Shown: positions 1-12,100 of the stretch, piece after piece
How the letters are laid out: each line of letters opens with the position of its first letter
How positions within the stretch are numbered: the stretch's first letter is position 1
Assembly (NCBI GenBank): GCA_965230455.1
Contig: CBDDKY010000003.1
Span: 1,439,856-1,503,855, forward strand
Origin: Gammaproteobacteria bacterium
Lineage (GTDB): Bacteria > Pseudomonadota > Gammaproteobacteria > CBDDKY01
Direction of reading: 5' to 3'
DNA: 64,000 bases
The notes under the pieces: generated by a model
The model's input: the letters and a program-made list of their open reading frames with translations, nothing else
Databases searched by the model: none
Told to the model about the DNA's origin: nothing
Made by a program: the position numbers and the translations under genes

Positions 1-700
1 ATTCTTCTAATTTACGTATATCAACTTTGCCCACCAAAGAAGAAATATCTTGGTTGTTCTCATCGCCAGGTTCTGTTTTAGAAACGGCGGTTTGATTTAG
101 ATTAGAAGGATGTTTCTTAACAACTTTAAATTGACTAATATCACCGTTAAACTCGTGAAGACGTTTTACTGCCCAAGGCGACATAATAGTTTTTAAGTAT
201 CGGGCAGGAATACCATACTCATCTTCTAGAATTTTGCTGTCTTCTTCATGAGAGAATAAAGATAGCGGCGACTCATTGACGGGAGAACCCTTAATGGCAT
301 AAAAAGGTACTTGTTCAATGAGCTTTTTGAGTTTTTCAGCAATAGAGGATTTACCACCGCCCACAGGGCCCAAAAGATATAAGATTTGTCTTTTTTCTTC
401 CAAGCCTTGAGCCGCATGCTTGAGATAGGAGACAATTTGCTCAATAGCATCTTCCATCCCATAAAATTCAGAAAAAGCGGGATAATAATCAATGACTTTA
501 TTTGCAAAAATACGACTTAAACGAGGATCTAAGCGTGTATCAATGCGCTCAGGTTCACCAATGGCTAACAACAGACGCTCTGCGGCATTAGCATAAGCCG
601 ACGGTTCATTTTTACAAATATCTAAATATTCTTGTAATGTGAACTCTTCTTCTTTACCTGCGTCATAACGTGATTGATATTGTGCAAAAATGTTATTCAT
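1..700 (-). CDS. prkA: PrkA/YeaG family serine protein kinase, N-terminal part (runs off the window's left edge)
   Basis: Manual translation from ATG at 700: MNNIFAQYQSRYDAGKEEEFTLQEYLDICKNEPSAYANAAERLLLAIGEP..., with Walker A GPVGGGKSS. Not in the ORF track. Confidence 0.92.
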   Translation of the reverse strand, partial: MNNIFAQYQSRYDAGKEEEFTLQEYLDICKNEPSAYANAAERLLLAIGEPERIDTRLDPRLSRIFANKVIDYYPAFSEFYGMEDAIEQIVSYLKHAAQGLEEKRQILYLLGPVGGGKSSIAEKLKKLIEQVPFYAIKGSPVNESPLSLFSHEEDSKILEDEYGIPARYLKTIMSPWAVKRLHEFNGDISQFKVVKKHPSNLNQTAVSKTEPGDENNQDISSLVGKVDIRKLEE

Positions 701-857
701 GATGCTATTCTCCTCGCTAAAAAGGCAGGCTTGTGGTCAAAATGATGGCGGCGCTAACAGATTTGTTTAGTTTTCTGCCTTAAAAAAATCCTCTACCTAA
801 AAGTATAGACAGTTTCATTAGGACAACAATTTCTTTTATAAGGAAAATACTAGAGGC

Positions 858-1020
858 TGAGGCTGTTGACAATTCATTTTCACGCTGCAGTTTGAACAAA
901 ACGAGCGCAAATCCGCGGTTATTTTCGTTACATAGTTCGCTGTGTTGCCTCAAATAACCGTGGATTTGTCTGTCATTTCTCCAAACTTCGCTTGCAAAAA
1001 TGAATTGTCAACACCCCCTA
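858..1020. mobile_element. MITE family A, copy 1
   Basis: Terminal inverted repeats TGTTGACAATTCATTTT / AAAATGAATTGTCAACA and an internal hairpin. Homologous to 23537-23700 in the opposite orientation. Confidence 0.8.
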
Positions 1021-1022
1021 AC

Positions 1023-1093
1023 TAGGGCGCGTCATCAATTGCTCTCAATTTCCACAATTTTCACAACGAAAAAGTAATTGATGACACGCCCTA
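1023..1093. mobile_element. 71-bp mini-MITE (family B)
   Basis: TAGGGCGCGTCATCAATT ... AATTGATGACACGCCCTA inverted ends, flanked by TA. Confidence 0.7.
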
Positions 1094-1205
1094 ATCAGGA
1101 ACTTGCTACAATTATGTTATTTTTTGTGCTTTTTTTGAGCGATTCTAAAAAGCAGTGGCTTGTGGTATGATCCATGGCCTGGTTTATTTGTGAAAGTTTT
1201 AGATA

Positions 1206-3866
1206 ATGACTAAGGCAAAGAGTAAGCAACCTATCTATTTAAAAGACTATCAATCGCCTGCTTACGGTATAGATACCGTAGAGTTATACATTCAGCTTGA
1301 GCCCACGAATACCCGCGTGCGCTCAACCCTTATGTGCAAACGAAATACCAACGAGCAACAGGCAGTTGACCTCGTTTTGAATGGGGAACAACTTACTTTA
1401 CTCAGTATTGCTTTAGACGGACGCCCTTTGGACGTAGGGCAAGACTATCAAATAACCGCTAATCAACTGATTATTAAAGAACCGCCCGAGCAGTTTGAGC
1501 TGATTATTGAAAATACAATGAACCCTGAAGCTAATAAAGCCTTAACAGGCTTGTATATTTCGAGAGGTATTTTTTGTACGCAATGCGAGGCGGAAGGTTT
1601 TCGGCGCATTACCTATTATTTAGACACACCTGATGTGATGTCTGTGTTTACCACAACATTGGTGGCTGAAAAGGCTCGTTTTCCACTTTTGCTGGCCAAT
1701 GGTAATTTGGTTGAAAAGGGTGAATATGATGATGGGCGTCATTATGTCACATGGTTTGATCCCCATAAAAAGCCCGCTTATCTTTTTGCGCTAGTGGCGG
1801 GAAGTCTTGAGAAAATAGCAGATACTTATACCACAAGCTCCGGGCGTGTGGTGAGCTTGGAAATTTTTGCCACGGCCAATCAAATTGAACAATGTTATTA
1901 TGCCATGGAAAGTTTAAAAGCCGCTATGCGTTGGGATGAAGACGCTTACGGGCGTGAATATGATTTAGATCATTATATGATAGTGGTCATCAGTGACTTT
2001 AACATGGGAGCGATGGAAAATAAGGGTTTAAATATTTTCAATAGTAAATATGTGCTTGCTGATCCTAAAACGGCCACCGATAGAGACTATGAATTGGTTG
2101 AGGCCGTTATTGGTCATGAGTATTTTCACAACTGGAGTGGTAATCGTGTGACTTTGCGTGATTGGTTTCAGTTGAGCTTGAAGGAAGGCTTTACGGTTTT
2201 TCGGGAACAACAATTTAGTGAGTCGCAAGGTGCGGGTGCTGTCAAACGCTTAAGAGACGTACAGATTCTGCGTGAGCGTCAATTCGCCCAAGACGCAGGA
2301 CCTATGGCTCATCCGATACGTCCAGATAGCTACATAGAGATTAATAATTTTTATACGGTGACCGTTTATAATAAAGGTGCTGAAGTGATCCGTATGTTGC
2401 ATACTCTATTAGGCGAGGCGGGGTTTCGTAAGGGGTCAGACTTATATTTCTCTCGCCACGATGGTCAGGCGGTCACCACCGATGATTTTGTGGCCTGTAT
2501 GGCAGAAGCCAATCAACATGATTTATCACAATTTAAACGTTGGTATGAGCAGTCGGGAACGCCGGAGCTCACTATCGAAACACGCTATGATGCAGCCCAA
2601 GCGCGCTATAGGATGACCATTACGCAGCAATGTCCTCCCACGTATAATCAACCAACCAAAGAACCTTTTTACATCCCGTTACGGCTGGGACTATTAAGCG
2701 AATCAGGTGAACCTATTCCTCTACAATTAGAAGGTGAGTCTGTTGATGCGGCAACGGTAGAACGAGTACTGTTTGTAACCCAAGAAAAGCAAACCTTTGA
2801 GTTTGTAAAGGTAGAATCTAAACCGCAGCCGTCTTTATTGCGGGGTTTTTCTGCACCGGTTAACGTGAATGTTGATTTTTCTGATGAGGAATTAGCTTTT
2901 CTTTGGCAGCACGATACGGATTCTTTTGCTAAATGGGAAGCTGGCCAAAAGCTTTGCACGGGCTTGGTTAATCAAGCTGTCCATGCCATGGGCAGTGGCG
3001 TGAATTTTGCGTTACCCGCTGATGTACTTGAGATTTACCGAACTATTTTACAAGACAGCCAATTAGATAATGCATTTAAGGCGGAACTGTTATCGTTGCC
3101 TTCTTATCATTCACTGAGCCTCGCACAAGAGCGTTTGCATCCTGGTCATGTTTATGCGGCTCGTGAGCAGCTGCGTGCGCAAATTGCTAAGGCACATCGT
3201 AATCTATTACTTGAGACCTATGTTGAAAATCATGAGACGAACGATGAGCTGAATGCGCTTGCCATTGGTAAACGTTGCATTAAAAATCTTTGTTTAAGTT
3301 ATCTGATGTTGTCAGAGGATAATGAAGCGCGAGCTTTGTGTCAGCAACAATTAGCTTGTGCCAAGAATATGACCGATAGCTTTGCAGCGTTAGAAGCGTT
3401 GGTATTGAGTACTTACGATGCAGAAGCTGAGCAAGTGTTGGCTGCTTTTTATGGGCAGTGGCAATCTGAAGATTTAGTTATTGATAAATGGTTTGCGCTG
3501 CAAGCCAAACGAGCCGGTGAGGCGGCTTTGGCGCGGATAAAAGCTTTAATGGAACATGAGGCGTTTACCTTAGAAAATCCAAATCGTGCTCGCGCGCTGA
3601 TTATGGGGTTTTGTGAAGGCAATCCTACACAATTTCATCGTGAAGATGGCGCAGGATACGCCTTTTTAGCCGAGCAGGTTTTAACGATTGATGCCTTTAA
3701 TCCACAGTTAGCGGCGCGGTTATTAGAGCCCTTCACACAATGGCATCGCTTAGAAACAACACGACAACAGGCCATGTATGCTTGTCTGACGCAGTTGCAA
3801 ACGCAGGCGCTCTCTCCAGATGCTTTTGAGATAGTAGAGCGGAGCTTGAATTATAAGGTTGCATAA
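1206..3866 (+). CDS. pepN: Aminopeptidase N (M1 family)
   Basis: GAMENKG exopeptidase motif, HEYFH...E zinc motif, 886 aa. Confidence 0.97.
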   Translation: MTKAKSKQPIYLKDYQSPAYGIDTVELYIQLEPTNTRVRSTLMCKRNTNEQQAVDLVLNGEQLTLLSIALDGRPLDVGQDYQITANQLIIKEPPEQFELIIENTMNPEANKALTGLYISRGIFCTQCEAEGFRRITYYLDTPDVMSVFTTTLVAEKARFPLLLANGNLVEKGEYDDGRHYVTWFDPHKKPAYLFALVAGSLEKIADTYTTSSGRVVSLEIFATANQIEQCYYAMESLKAAMRWDEDAYGREYDLDHYMIVVISDFNMGAMENKGLNIFNSKYVLADPKTATDRDYELVEAVIGHEYFHNWSGNRVTLRDWFQLSLKEGFTVFREQQFSESQGAGAVKRLRDVQILRERQFAQDAGPMAHPIRPDSYIEINNFYTVTVYNKGAEVIRMLHTLLGEAGFRKGSDLYFSRHDGQAVTTDDFVACMAEANQHDLSQFKRWYEQSGTPELTIETRYDAAQARYRMTITQQCPPTYNQPTKEPFYIPLRLGLLSESGEPIPLQLEGESVDAATVERVLFVTQEKQTFEFVKVESKPQPSLLRGFSAPVNVNVDFSDEELAFLWQHDTDSFAKWEAGQKLCTGLVNQAVHAMGSGVNFALPADVLEIYRTILQDSQLDNAFKAELLSLPSYHSLSLAQERLHPGHVYAAREQLRAQIAKAHRNLLLETYVENHETNDELNALAIGKRCIKNLCLSYLMLSEDNEARALCQQQLACAKNMTDSFAALEALVLSTYDAEAEQVLAAFYGQWQSEDLVIDKWFALQAKRAGEAALARIKALMEHEAFTLENPNRARALIMGFCEGNPTQFHREDGAGYAFLAEQVLTIDAFNPQLAARLLEPFTQWHRLETTRQQAMYACLTQLQTQALSPDAFEIVERSLNYKVA

Positions 3867-4477
3867 TGACCGTGCGCGTTAAATTTTGTGGACTAACAAC
3901 GCAGCAAGATGCACAGCTTGCGGTAGAGCTAGGTGCAGATGCCTTGGGTTTAAATTTTTGTCCTGAGACGTCTGCCCGGTATGTCAGTGTCGCGCAAGCA
4001 AAAAACATGGTGCGACATTTGCCGCCCTACGTGACGTTGGTTGGCGTTTTTCAAGACCCCGACGCCCAGTGGGTGCAGCAGGTGCTTCAGCATATTCCTT
4101 TACACAGCTTACAATTTCATGGTAATGAGTCTGTTGAGTTTTGCCGGAGTTTTTCACGGTCTTATGACAAAGCCGTCACGGTCACAGACAGTGCTGATCT
4201 TGTAGTCCAGCGAAAAACTTATTCGGATGCGCAAGGTTTATTAGTGGACAGCCCTAAGCACGTTTTGAATACGGCGCATTGGGAATACTGTCAACAGGTT
4301 AGCATACCTGGCCTGGTATTGGCTGGGGGGCTTACGCCCGACAATGTTGGCCATCTTATTAAAACCATTGCACCGGCAGCTGTGGATGTGGCATCTGGAA
4401 TAGAAAGTGCCGTGGGTGTTAAAGATGTAACGAAAATGACTCATTTTATAGAACAGGTGAGAAAGGCATGTCTGTAG
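3866..4477 (+). CDS. trpF: Phosphoribosylanthranilate isomerase
   Basis: [24 protein letters not shown] and VDVASGIE motifs; directly upstream of trpB. Confidence 0.95.
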   Translation: MTVRVKFCGLTTQQDAQLAVELGADALGLNFCPETSARYVSVAQAKNMVRHLPPYVTLVGVFQDPDAQWVQQVLQHIPLHSLQFHGNESVEFCRSFSRSYDKAVTVTDSADLVVQRKTYSDAQGLLVDSPKHVLNTAHWEYCQQVSIPGLVLAGGLTPDNVGHLIKTIAPAAVDVASGIESAVGVKDVTKMTHFIEQVRKACL

Positions 4478-5670
4478 ATCCTAATTTGCCCGATAATCAG
4501 GGGCACTTTGGTGCTTTTGGTGGTACCTTTGTGGCGGAGACCTTATTAGAGCCCGTTATTCAATTGCGCAGGGCCTACGAGGTGGCGCGCTCAACCCCGG
4601 CTTTTTTAGCGTTATTTGAAGAAACACTAAAAGAATATGTAGGTAGGCCTTCGCCCTTATATTATGCCGAGCGCTGGAGTCGGCATTTGGGGGGTGCGCG
4701 TGTTTATCTTAAGCGTGAAGATTTAAATCACACGGGCGCCCACAAAATAAATAATACCGTGGGACAGATTTTATTAGCACAGCACATGGGTAAAAAGCGC
4801 ATCATTGCTGAAACCGGTGCTGGTCAACATGGCGTGGCGACAGCGACGGTTTGTGCTCGAGCTGGTTTACCTTGTGTTATTTACATGGGAGCGGAGGATA
4901 TCCAGCGCCAAGCGGCCAATGTTTATCGTATGAAACTATTGGGTGCAGAAGTTGTTGCAGTGACTTCAGGCTCTAAAACGCTAAAAGATGCCGTTAATGA
5001 GGCCCTTCGAGACTGGGTCAGCCACGTTGATGATACGTTTTATATTTTAGGCTCTGTAACCGGTCCTCATCCTTATCCACAAATGGTGCGAGATTTTCAA
5101 TCAGTCATTGGCCGGGAAGCCAAAGAACAAGTGCTAGAGCGAGAGGGGCGTTTGCCCGATGCTTTGGTCGCTTGTGTGGGGGGTGGGTCTAATGCCATGG
5201 GTTTATTTTATCCTTTTTTAGCCGACGAAACAGTGCAGCTCATTGGGGTTGAGGGCGCAGGCGAAGGCTTGAATACTCATGCACACGCAGCGCCGTTATC
5301 ACGAGGAAAACCAGGCGTATTTCATGGTAATCGAAGCTATGTATTGATGGACGATGATGGGCAAATATTGCCGGCCCATTGCGTTTCAGCAGGTCTTGAT
5401 TATCCCGGTGTAGGACCTGAGCATGCTTATCTCAAAGAAAATGGGCGTGCCCAGTATGTAGCGGTCAATGATGAGGAAGCTCTCGCGGCCTTTCGGGAGC
5501 TAAGTCTCATGGAAGGCATTATTCCAGCGTTAGAGTCCAGCCATGCCTTAGCCTACTGTAAAAAATTAGCGCCAAGCCTGGCAAAAGATGGTATTATCCT
5601 GCTAAATTTGTCAGGCCGTGGCGATAAAGATATACATACCGTGGCTGAGAAGGATAATATCCAACGTTAA
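4468..5670 (+). CDS. trpB: Tryptophan synthase beta subunit
   Basis: [16 protein letters not shown] (PLP lysine) and AETGAGQHG. Confidence 0.98.
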   Translation: MSVDPNLPDNQGHFGAFGGTFVAETLLEPVIQLRRAYEVARSTPAFLALFEETLKEYVGRPSPLYYAERWSRHLGGARVYLKREDLNHTGAHKINNTVGQILLAQHMGKKRIIAETGAGQHGVATATVCARAGLPCVIYMGAEDIQRQAANVYRMKLLGAEVVAVTSGSKTLKDAVNEALRDWVSHVDDTFYILGSVTGPHPYPQMVRDFQSVIGREAKEQVLEREGRLPDALVACVGGGSNAMGLFYPFLADETVQLIGVEGAGEGLNTHAHAAPLSRGKPGVFHGNRSYVLMDDDGQILPAHCVSAGLDYPGVGPEHAYLKENGRAQYVAVNDEEALAAFRELSLMEGIIPALESSHALAYCKKLAPSLAKDGIILLNLSGRGDKDIHTVAEKDNIQR

Positions 5671-5681
5671 GGCAATTTCCT

Positions 5682-6494
5682 ATGAGTAGAATTGGTGGGT
5701 GCTTTTCTGATTTGAAAAGGCGCCACAAAAAAGCCCTCATCCCCTATATAACGGCAGGGGATCCTAGTCCTGCTGTAACTGTTGAGTTATTACACGGCTT
5801 AGTTGCGGCAGGTGCTGATATCTTAGAATTGGGCGTGCCTTTTTCCGATCCTGTGGCAGAAGGCCCTATTATTCAACAGGCTTGTGAGCGAGCTTTGGCT
5901 GGAGGGACATCCCTTGCTGATGTATTCGCGATAGTGGAAAGCTTTCGCCAAATAGATAAAGAAACGCCTTTGATCTTAATGGGTTATCTTAATCCAGTTG
6001 AAAGTGTAGGCTATAAGAATTTTGCCCGAAAAGCCGTGGCTGCTGGCGTCGATGGAATAATCACCGTAGATATGGCGGTAGAAGAAGCTGATGACTACGT
6101 AGCAGTTTTTGCTGAAGAGGGTTTAGAGACCATTTTTTTAGCAGCCCCCAATACTCAAGCAGAGCGCCTAGAACACATCATTAAAAAGACCCGAGGCTTC
6201 CTTTACTATGTTTCCGTTAAAGGGGTTACGGGGACAAAGTCCGTGATTGTTGATGGTTTAGCGAAACCCTTAGCTACTATCCGCGCACAGTTGGATTTAC
6301 CGTTGGCTGTGGGTTTCGGCATTAAAACTGCAGAAACGGCACAGCAAGTGGCAGCCTTATCCGATGCGGTTGTGGTGGGTAGTGCTCTGGTGGAAAAAAT
6401 AGCAGCGCATGCAAAATCTCCCGCCGTCATGTTAGCCGAAGTTAAACAGTTTATGGGTGCTTTACGAAAGTCCATTGATTCAGTCCCAACATGA
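5682..6494 (+). CDS. trpA: Tryptophan synthase alpha subunit
   Basis: LIPYITAGDP, ELGVPFSDPVAEGP and VGFGI motifs. Confidence 0.97.
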   Translation: MSRIGGCFSDLKRRHKKALIPYITAGDPSPAVTVELLHGLVAAGADILELGVPFSDPVAEGPIIQQACERALAGGTSLADVFAIVESFRQIDKETPLILMGYLNPVESVGYKNFARKAVAAGVDGIITVDMAVEEADDYVAVFAEEGLETIFLAAPNTQAERLEHIIKKTRGFLYYVSVKGVTGTKSVIVDGLAKPLATIRAQLDLPLAVGFGIKTAETAQQVAALSDAVVVGSALVEKIAAHAKSPAVMLAEVKQFMGALRKSIDSVPT

Positions 6495-6511
6495 GTGAAG
6501 GTTAAAAGACT

Positions 6512-7399
6512 ATGAGTTGGTTAGAAAAATTAATTCCATCCAAAATTCGCACAGATGCGGGTAAAAAAAGAGTGCCTGAAGGCCTCTGGACCAAATGTCC
6601 AGAGTGTCAGGCTATTTTGTATCGCGCTGAACTCGAGAGAAACTTAGACGTCTGTTTGAAATGCGGTCATCATATTCGCTTAAGAGCGCGTGCTCGTTTA
6701 AAACTATTTTTGGATAACGGGGATTTCCAAGAGATAGCTGCCAAGCTTGAACCTGTGGATAGACTAAAGTTTCGCGATAGTAAGAAATATAAAGATAGAT
6801 TGAGTGCTGCACAAAAAAGCACGGGAGAAAAAGATGCGTTGGTGGCCGTAAAAGGTCTGTTGCATGGCTTGCCTGTGATAGTGAGCGTATTTGAGTTTTC
6901 TTTTATGGGTGGCTCCATGGGGGCTATTGTGGGTGAGCGTTTTGTGCAAGGTGTGGAAAAAGCCATTGAACAGGGTTGCCCTTACATTTGTTTTACCGCC
7001 AGTGGTGGTGCCCGTATGCAAGAGGGACTCATTGCCCTGATGCAAATGGCCAAAACGAGTGCAGCGTTAACAAAGTTATCCCAGGCAGGTCAGCCTTTTA
7101 TTTCTATTTTGACCGACCCTACCATGGGTGGTGTGTCGGCAAGCTTGGCCATGCTAGGTGATGTTATTCTAGCTGAACCTAATGCATTGATTGGTTTTGC
7201 TGGCCCTCGTGTTATAGAGCAAACAGTGCGTGAGATCTTGCCAGAAGGGTTTCAGCGCAGTGAATTTTTGCTAGAAAAAGGTGCTATTGACATGATAGTC
7301 CCACGCGGTGAGATGCGTGATAAAGTTGCATCGTTATTGGCAAAATTTACCCATCAAACCGTGGATCTTTCCAAGGCAAATAGCGTTGAGCATGAATGA
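6512..7399 (+). CDS. accD: Acetyl-CoA carboxylase carboxyltransferase beta subunit
   Basis: C4 zinc finger (CPEC...CLKC), FMGGSMG and GGARMQEG. Confidence 0.97.
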   Translation: MSWLEKLIPSKIRTDAGKKRVPEGLWTKCPECQAILYRAELERNLDVCLKCGHHIRLRARARLKLFLDNGDFQEIAAKLEPVDRLKFRDSKKYKDRLSAAQKSTGEKDALVAVKGLLHGLPVIVSVFEFSFMGGSMGAIVGERFVQGVEKAIEQGCPYICFTASGGARMQEGLIALMQMAKTSAALTKLSQAGQPFISILTDPTMGGVSASLAMLGDVILAEPNALIGFAGPRVIEQTVREILPEGFQRSEFLLEKGAIDMIVPRGEMRDKVASLLAKFTHQTVDLSKANSVEHE

Positions 7400-8645
7400 T
7401 GTGGCTTTTTCGCAACTGTCTGATGCCCTGCTATGGATGGAAGAAACCTATCCCCGCTCAATAAAACTTGGCCTAGCGCGTATGCAGGCTGCAGCGGAGC
7501 GCTTGGCTGTTATAGGTTTTACTTGCCCTGTCATTACCGTGGCTGGAACCAATGGTAAAGGCTCTACTGTTGCAGCCTTAGAGGCCATCTATCAGGTTGC
7601 AGGTTACAAGGTGGGTGCTACCTATTCTCCGCATTTATTTTGTTACAATGAGCGCATTCATTTAAACGGCGAGCCCGTTGCGGACGGCCTGCTGTTGGAA
7701 GCAATGGCCATGGTACATAAACGTTGTCACGATATTGCATTGACCTATTATGAATATCAAGTATTGCAAGCCTTATGGTTGTTTAAGCAGTACCCAATGG
7801 ATATTGTTATTTTAGAAGTGGGTCTGGGGGGACGTCTGGATGCCAGCAATGTAGTGGAAAATGATGTGGCGGTCATTACGTCTATTGGCTTGGATCATCA
7901 AGATTTGCTAGGTTCAACTAAAAACAGTATTGCCAAAGAAAAGGCGGGCATTATGCAAGCAGGAGGCATAACTATCTATGGTGAAGCCCAAGGGCAGCCA
8001 GCCATTTTGCAACGTGCACAGCAGTTGGGTTGCTCTTTGCTGCAGCGCGATGCAGCCTTTTGGTTAACTGAACAGGATGAAAACACCTGGAGTTGGCATT
8101 CTAGCACTGAAAACTATACACAATTACCGCGACCCAGCGTATTATTGGATAATGCCGCCACAGCCTTGCAGGCTGTGGTTTCGTTGCAACAGCGTTTGCC
8201 AATAAGAGCTGCCGCCATTCGACAAGGCTTAGCTCAGGTGGTGTTACTTGGGCGTTTTCAAGTGATTAAGGAAGAAAGAACCTGGATTTATGACGTGGCC
8301 CATAATGAAGCTTCGGCCCAAAAGCTCGCCGAACAGTTAGCAGCTTTTCCTCACCAAGGCGATGTACATGGTGTCGTTGGCGTGCTTGACAGAAAGGATG
8401 AGCGCGCTATTGTGATGGCTTTGCAGGAGAGTCTGGCTTTTTGGTTTGTCATACCGCTGGAAAGCCATTTAAAAGCCGAGAAGTTATTTAACTTATTACC
8501 GGATGGTAAGAAAGCCTTAATGCAAGATGCGAAAGCGGCTTGGCTGCAGGTGATGACACAAACCAAACCAGGTGATACCATCGTAGTATTTGGTTCTTTT
8601 CAGACGGTATCTAACATGATGACCCTAAGGGGGGGCACTTTTTAA
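7392..8645 (+). CDS. folC: Folylpolyglutamate synthase/dihydrofolate synthase
   Basis: [19 protein letters not shown] and DVAHN motifs. Start placed at ATG 7392, overlapping the end of accD. Confidence 0.95.
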   Translation: MNDVAFSQLSDALLWMEETYPRSIKLGLARMQAAAERLAVIGFTCPVITVAGTNGKGSTVAALEAIYQVAGYKVGATYSPHLFCYNERIHLNGEPVADGLLLEAMAMVHKRCHDIALTYYEYQVLQALWLFKQYPMDIVILEVGLGGRLDASNVVENDVAVITSIGLDHQDLLGSTKNSIAKEKAGIMQAGGITIYGEAQGQPAILQRAQQLGCSLLQRDAAFWLTEQDENTWSWHSSTENYTQLPRPSVLLDNAATALQAVVSLQQRLPIRAAAIRQGLAQVVLLGRFQVIKEERTWIYDVAHNEASAQKLAEQLAAFPHQGDVHGVVGVLDRKDERAIVMALQESLAFWFVIPLESHLKAEKLFNLLPDGKKALMQDAKAAWLQVMTQTKPGDTIVVFGSFQTVSNMMTLRGGTF

Positions 8646-9286
8646 TGGATGCTATATTGAAACGACGCATCTTAGGTGCTCTAGTACTGTTAGCATTGGC
8701 GGTGCTTATTGTTCCTGCTTTTTTCTCAGGCCCGAACTCGGCGGATAAGAAAGTATCGAGCAGCAAGAAAATACCGCATTTTCCGGCAGCGCCCGATGCA
8801 CAAGATTTATACCAAATTAAAGATGGGCAGTTTGTTGCCCCTAAAACATTGCCTGCAGAGAATACAGCTCAATCTATTGATACAACAAACACAGAAGCGC
8901 CCTTACTGAAAAGTGTGACGTCTGCCCAGCCTGGGCCTGTGCAAGCAGCAGCAAACGTCGAACCTCAAATAAGCTCAGCCCCTTTATCTGTTTCGCCAAC
9001 GACGCCAACAAAAGCTGTCACGAAAACGTCTGTCAAGGCTAAGTCAGCTGAACAATGGGTGTTGCAAATCGCAAGTTTTGCCAAGGAAAAAAACGCTAAG
9101 GCGTTGCAAGGGCGCTTGGAAGCACAGGGCTTTGCGGCCTATACCCAAAGTGCTATGACGTCCATAGGAAAGCGTTACCGTGTCTATGTCGGGCCTAAGG
9201 CTACTCGAAAAGAAGCGGTGGATTTATTGGCGCCATTGGAAAAGCATTTTGGTATTAAGGCTGTAGTTTTACAAAGCACAACATAG
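8645..9286 (+). CDS. dedD: SPOR-domain cell division protein DedD
   Basis: N-terminal anchor (KRRILGALVLLALAVL), Pro/Thr linker, C-terminal SPOR domain (WVLQIASF...YRVYVGP); folC-dedD-cvpA-purF synteny. Confidence 0.85.
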   Translation: MDAILKRRILGALVLLALAVLIVPAFFSGPNSADKKVSSSKKIPHFPAAPDAQDLYQIKDGQFVAPKTLPAENTAQSIDTTNTEAPLLKSVTSAQPGPVQAAANVEPQISSAPLSVSPTTPTKAVTKTSVKAKSAEQWVLQIASFAKEKNAKALQGRLEAQGFAAYTQSAMTSIGKRYRVYVGPKATRKEAVDLLAPLEKHFGIKAVVLQSTT

Positions 9287-9295
9287 AGGTAACAA

Positions 9296-9856
9296 ATGAT
9301 AGCAAGTTTGAACTGGGTCGATTATGCCATTTTAGGTATTATTGTGTTATCGGCATTAATAGCCATTGTGCGTGGTTTTATTCGCGAGGCACTGTCTTTA
9401 ATTGTTTGGACAGTTGCTTTTTGGGTGGCTTTAAATTTTAGCACAGCGCTTGCGACGCATTTTGAAAATAGTATTAAAGCACCGCCGATGCGCTTGGCGG
9501 TTAGCTGTATTGTGTTATTTGTGGGCAGCGTGCTTATTGGTTCTGTGATAACTTATGTCATTACACAATTGGTTAAACGCTCAGGGCTAACAGGTACCGA
9601 TAGGTTTATCGGCGTGTTTTTTGGGATAGCACGCGGCATTTTGTTAGTGGCTTTATTGGTACTCGTGGGAGAGCTTAGTGATTTGCCACAAAAAAATGGG
9701 TGGATGAATTCGCAATTGATTCCACAATTTGAAAGTGTTGTACAATGGTTGTACCAAGGTAAGTTTCCTCATTATGTTGCCGAACACTTTGTCGTAACGC
9801 CTCCCTCTAAGAAAGATGCAGGTATGTCAGGTGACTCTTTAGACACGGGAAATTAA
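9296..9856 (+). CDS. cvpA: Colicin V production protein CvpA
   Basis: [11 protein letters not shown]...[10 protein letters not shown] and [10 protein letters not shown]; synteny. Confidence 0.93.
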   Translation: MIASLNWVDYAILGIIVLSALIAIVRGFIREALSLIVWTVAFWVALNFSTALATHFENSIKAPPMRLAVSCIVLFVGSVLIGSVITYVITQLVKRSGLTGTDRFIGVFFGIARGILLVALLVLVGELSDLPQKNGWMNSQLIPQFESVVQWLYQGKFPHYVAEHFVVTPPSKKDAGMSGDSLDTGN

Positions 9857-9857
9857 T

Positions 9858-11372
9858 ATGTGTGGTATCGTAGGAACCTTGGGTAAGTCTGATGTTAATC
9901 AAAGCATTTATGATGCATTGATTGCGTTGCAGCATCGTGGCCAAGATGCTGCCGGTATGGTGGTTTGCGAAAATGGTCGCTTGTCTATGCAAAAGGCCAA
10001 CGGTCTGGTTCGCGATGTGTTTCAGATGCGGCATATGTTGCAGTTACGTGGCAATATGGGTATTGGTCATGTGCGTTATCCTACCGCCGGCAGCTCAAGT
10101 CAAGCAGAAGCTCAGCCGTTTTATGTTAATTCACCCTATGGCATTAGCTTGGTGCACAATGGTAATCTAACCAACGCTAAAGAACTAAAGCAGGCGTTAT
10201 TTCAAGCTGATAGACGGCACTTAAATACAAGTTCTGACTCTGAGATTTTACTCAATGTATTTGCCCATGAGCTACAAAAAATAGATAAATTAATCCTTTC
10301 AGCGGAGGATATTTTTGCGGCAGTAAAAGCCGTACATCAACGCTGTAAAGGTGCTTATGCGGCGGCAGTATTAATTGCTGATGTGGGAATTGTGGCTTTT
10401 CGTGACCCTCACGGCATTAGACCTTTAGTATTAGGGCAGCGTCAGTCAGCAGGAAGCGCAGAATATATGGTGGCTTCAGAGACGGTTGCATTAGACACCT
10501 TGGGCTTCAAGGTGATTGATGATGTGGCGCCAGGTGAGGCTGTATTTATTAGTAAAGATGGTCGCTTACGTCGCCAGCAATGTGCTGACTCTGTTAAGCG
10601 TCATTTATGTCTATTCGAATTTGTTTACTTAGCGCGTCCCGATACCTTTATCGACAAAGTATCGGTTTATAAAGTTCGTCTGTTCATGGGTATGAAACTG
10701 GGTGAGAAAATAGCCAAGACTTGCCCGTCTCATGATATTGATGTGGTTATTCCCATTCCAGAAACCAGCCGAACGGTGGCCATGCCTTTGGCGAGAGCCT
10801 TGGGGGTTAAGTTTCGTGAAGGCTTTGTAAAAAATCGTTATATTGGTCGTACCTTTATCATGCCGGGCCAACGCCAACGTCACCGCTCTGTTAGGCAAAA
10901 ACTCAATACCATTGAGTTGGAGTTTAAAAATAAAAATGTTCTGTTGGTGGATGACTCTATTGTAAGAGGTACCACGTCTCGTGAAATCATCCAAATGGCC
11001 AGGGAGGCTGGTGCTAAAAAAGTTTATTTTGCTTCAGCAGCGCCAGAAGTGCGATACCCCAATGTTTATGGTATTGATATGCCAGCAGCCAATGAATTAA
11101 TTGCACACAATAAAACCAATGAAGAGATTTGCCGTCTCATTGGGGCTGATTGGCTTGTTTTCCAGGATTTACAAGTATTAATAGATGCTGTACACGAAGG
11201 TAACCCTGATATTGCGACTTTCGATGATTCAGTCTTTACGGGGCATTATGTCACGGGTGATATTGATGAAGCTTATTTGGCCCAGCTTGCCAAGGAGCGT
11301 AGCGATGAAGCACGCCACGCCAAGGGCAATGTGGATGATAGTGCTATGATACATTTGGATGATGAGGTTTAA
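9858..11372 (+). CDS. purF: Amidophosphoribosyltransferase
   Basis: MCGIVG Ntn start, [24 protein letters not shown] motif. Confidence 0.98.
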   Translation: MCGIVGTLGKSDVNQSIYDALIALQHRGQDAAGMVVCENGRLSMQKANGLVRDVFQMRHMLQLRGNMGIGHVRYPTAGSSSQAEAQPFYVNSPYGISLVHNGNLTNAKELKQALFQADRRHLNTSSDSEILLNVFAHELQKIDKLILSAEDIFAAVKAVHQRCKGAYAAAVLIADVGIVAFRDPHGIRPLVLGQRQSAGSAEYMVASETVALDTLGFKVIDDVAPGEAVFISKDGRLRRQQCADSVKRHLCLFEFVYLARPDTFIDKVSVYKVRLFMGMKLGEKIAKTCPSHDIDVVIPIPETSRTVAMPLARALGVKFREGFVKNRYIGRTFIMPGQRQRHRSVRQKLNTIELEFKNKNVLLVDDSIVRGTTSREIIQMAREAGAKKVYFASAAPEVRYPNVYGIDMPAANELIAHNKTNEEICRLIGADWLVFQDLQVLIDAVHEGNPDIATFDDSVFTGHYVTGDIDEAYLAQLAKERSDEARHAKGNVDDSAMIHLDDEV

Positions 11373-11540
11373 GGCCTGTTGCGTCATTATCTTTTTTATT
11401 GAATGAGTAGGCGTAATATGAGTGAGCCGACGCGTATTTTTATTGTAGGCTATATGGGTGCCGGTAAATTTATATCTGCCGATGCTTTAGCTAAGAGATT
11501 AGGGTGGCCGCTGGTGCATGCCAACCCAAGTATAGAATGC

Positions 11541-11758
11541 TATACCCGTAGCGTTTGAGTTTTAGGTTTTTGAGCTGCCATCTGCCAACTACCTTTGAAT
11601 GATTTTGCCCTAAAAAAATCGTCGGGTAGAACAATAGCTACCATCCTCTTTTTTTAGGGCAAAATCATTCAAATCTAATTGACATCTGGCGCTCAAAACA
11701 ATAGCGTGCTCCATGGAAAGCTTCATGCAACACCTAAAACTCAAACGCTACGGGTATA
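11541..11758. mobile_element. ERIC-like MITE
   Basis: TATACCCGTAGCGTTTGAGTTTTAGGT ... ACCTAAAACTCAAACGCTACGGGTATA, with a long internal inverted repeat (TTTGAATGATTTTGCCCTAAAAAAA). Confidence 0.85.
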
Positions 11759-11883
11759 TAGTCCCCGCAGTTGAAAGTTCGGGAAATTATTTGTTAATGT
11801 GATAACATAAGTTTTATATTTTAGCGCCTGGATGTTAGTCAGATTTGAACAATTTTTACTGAAAAAACGAGGATTTTAGCTAT

Positions 11884-11907
11884 TGTAAGTCTTAGTTTTG
11901 TTATAGT
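11884..11907 (+). promoter_or_regulatory. -10 half of the IS110 circle-junction promoter
   Basis: Joining the right end (...CATGGTTGAT) to the left end gives TTGATT-N17-TATAGT; TG precedes the -10 box (extended -10). Confidence 0.75.
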
Positions 11908-11913
11908 AGGTCC

Positions 11914-12096
11914 CAAGAGAGTAGAACCCCGGGCATAAGCCCAGGGTTCGCGGGCATGAGCGACCGTATAGCTATTGGTAAAACCAACCGCGTAGAATCC
12001 AGGTACTCTAGCCCAGCTCTCGATACGTTTGAATGGTTGCAAGGGACACATAAAGTGCTCCCGCTTACAATCGTAAACACCTTTAACTATCGAGAG
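11914..12096 (+). ncRNA. IS110 bridge RNA (5' hairpin, target-binding loop, donor-binding loop)
   Basis: Hairpin 11924-11949. Stem-loop 11952-12014 carries TATAGCTAT and TAGAAT, matching the target. Stem-loop 12017-12096 carries ATGGTTG and CTTACAAT, matching the donor junction. RNA ends are approximate. Confidence 0.85.
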
Positions 12097-12100
12097 GACT

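Noticed and set aside
226-507. 93-aa ORF on the minus strand
   Set aside because: Out-of-frame shadow inside prkA.
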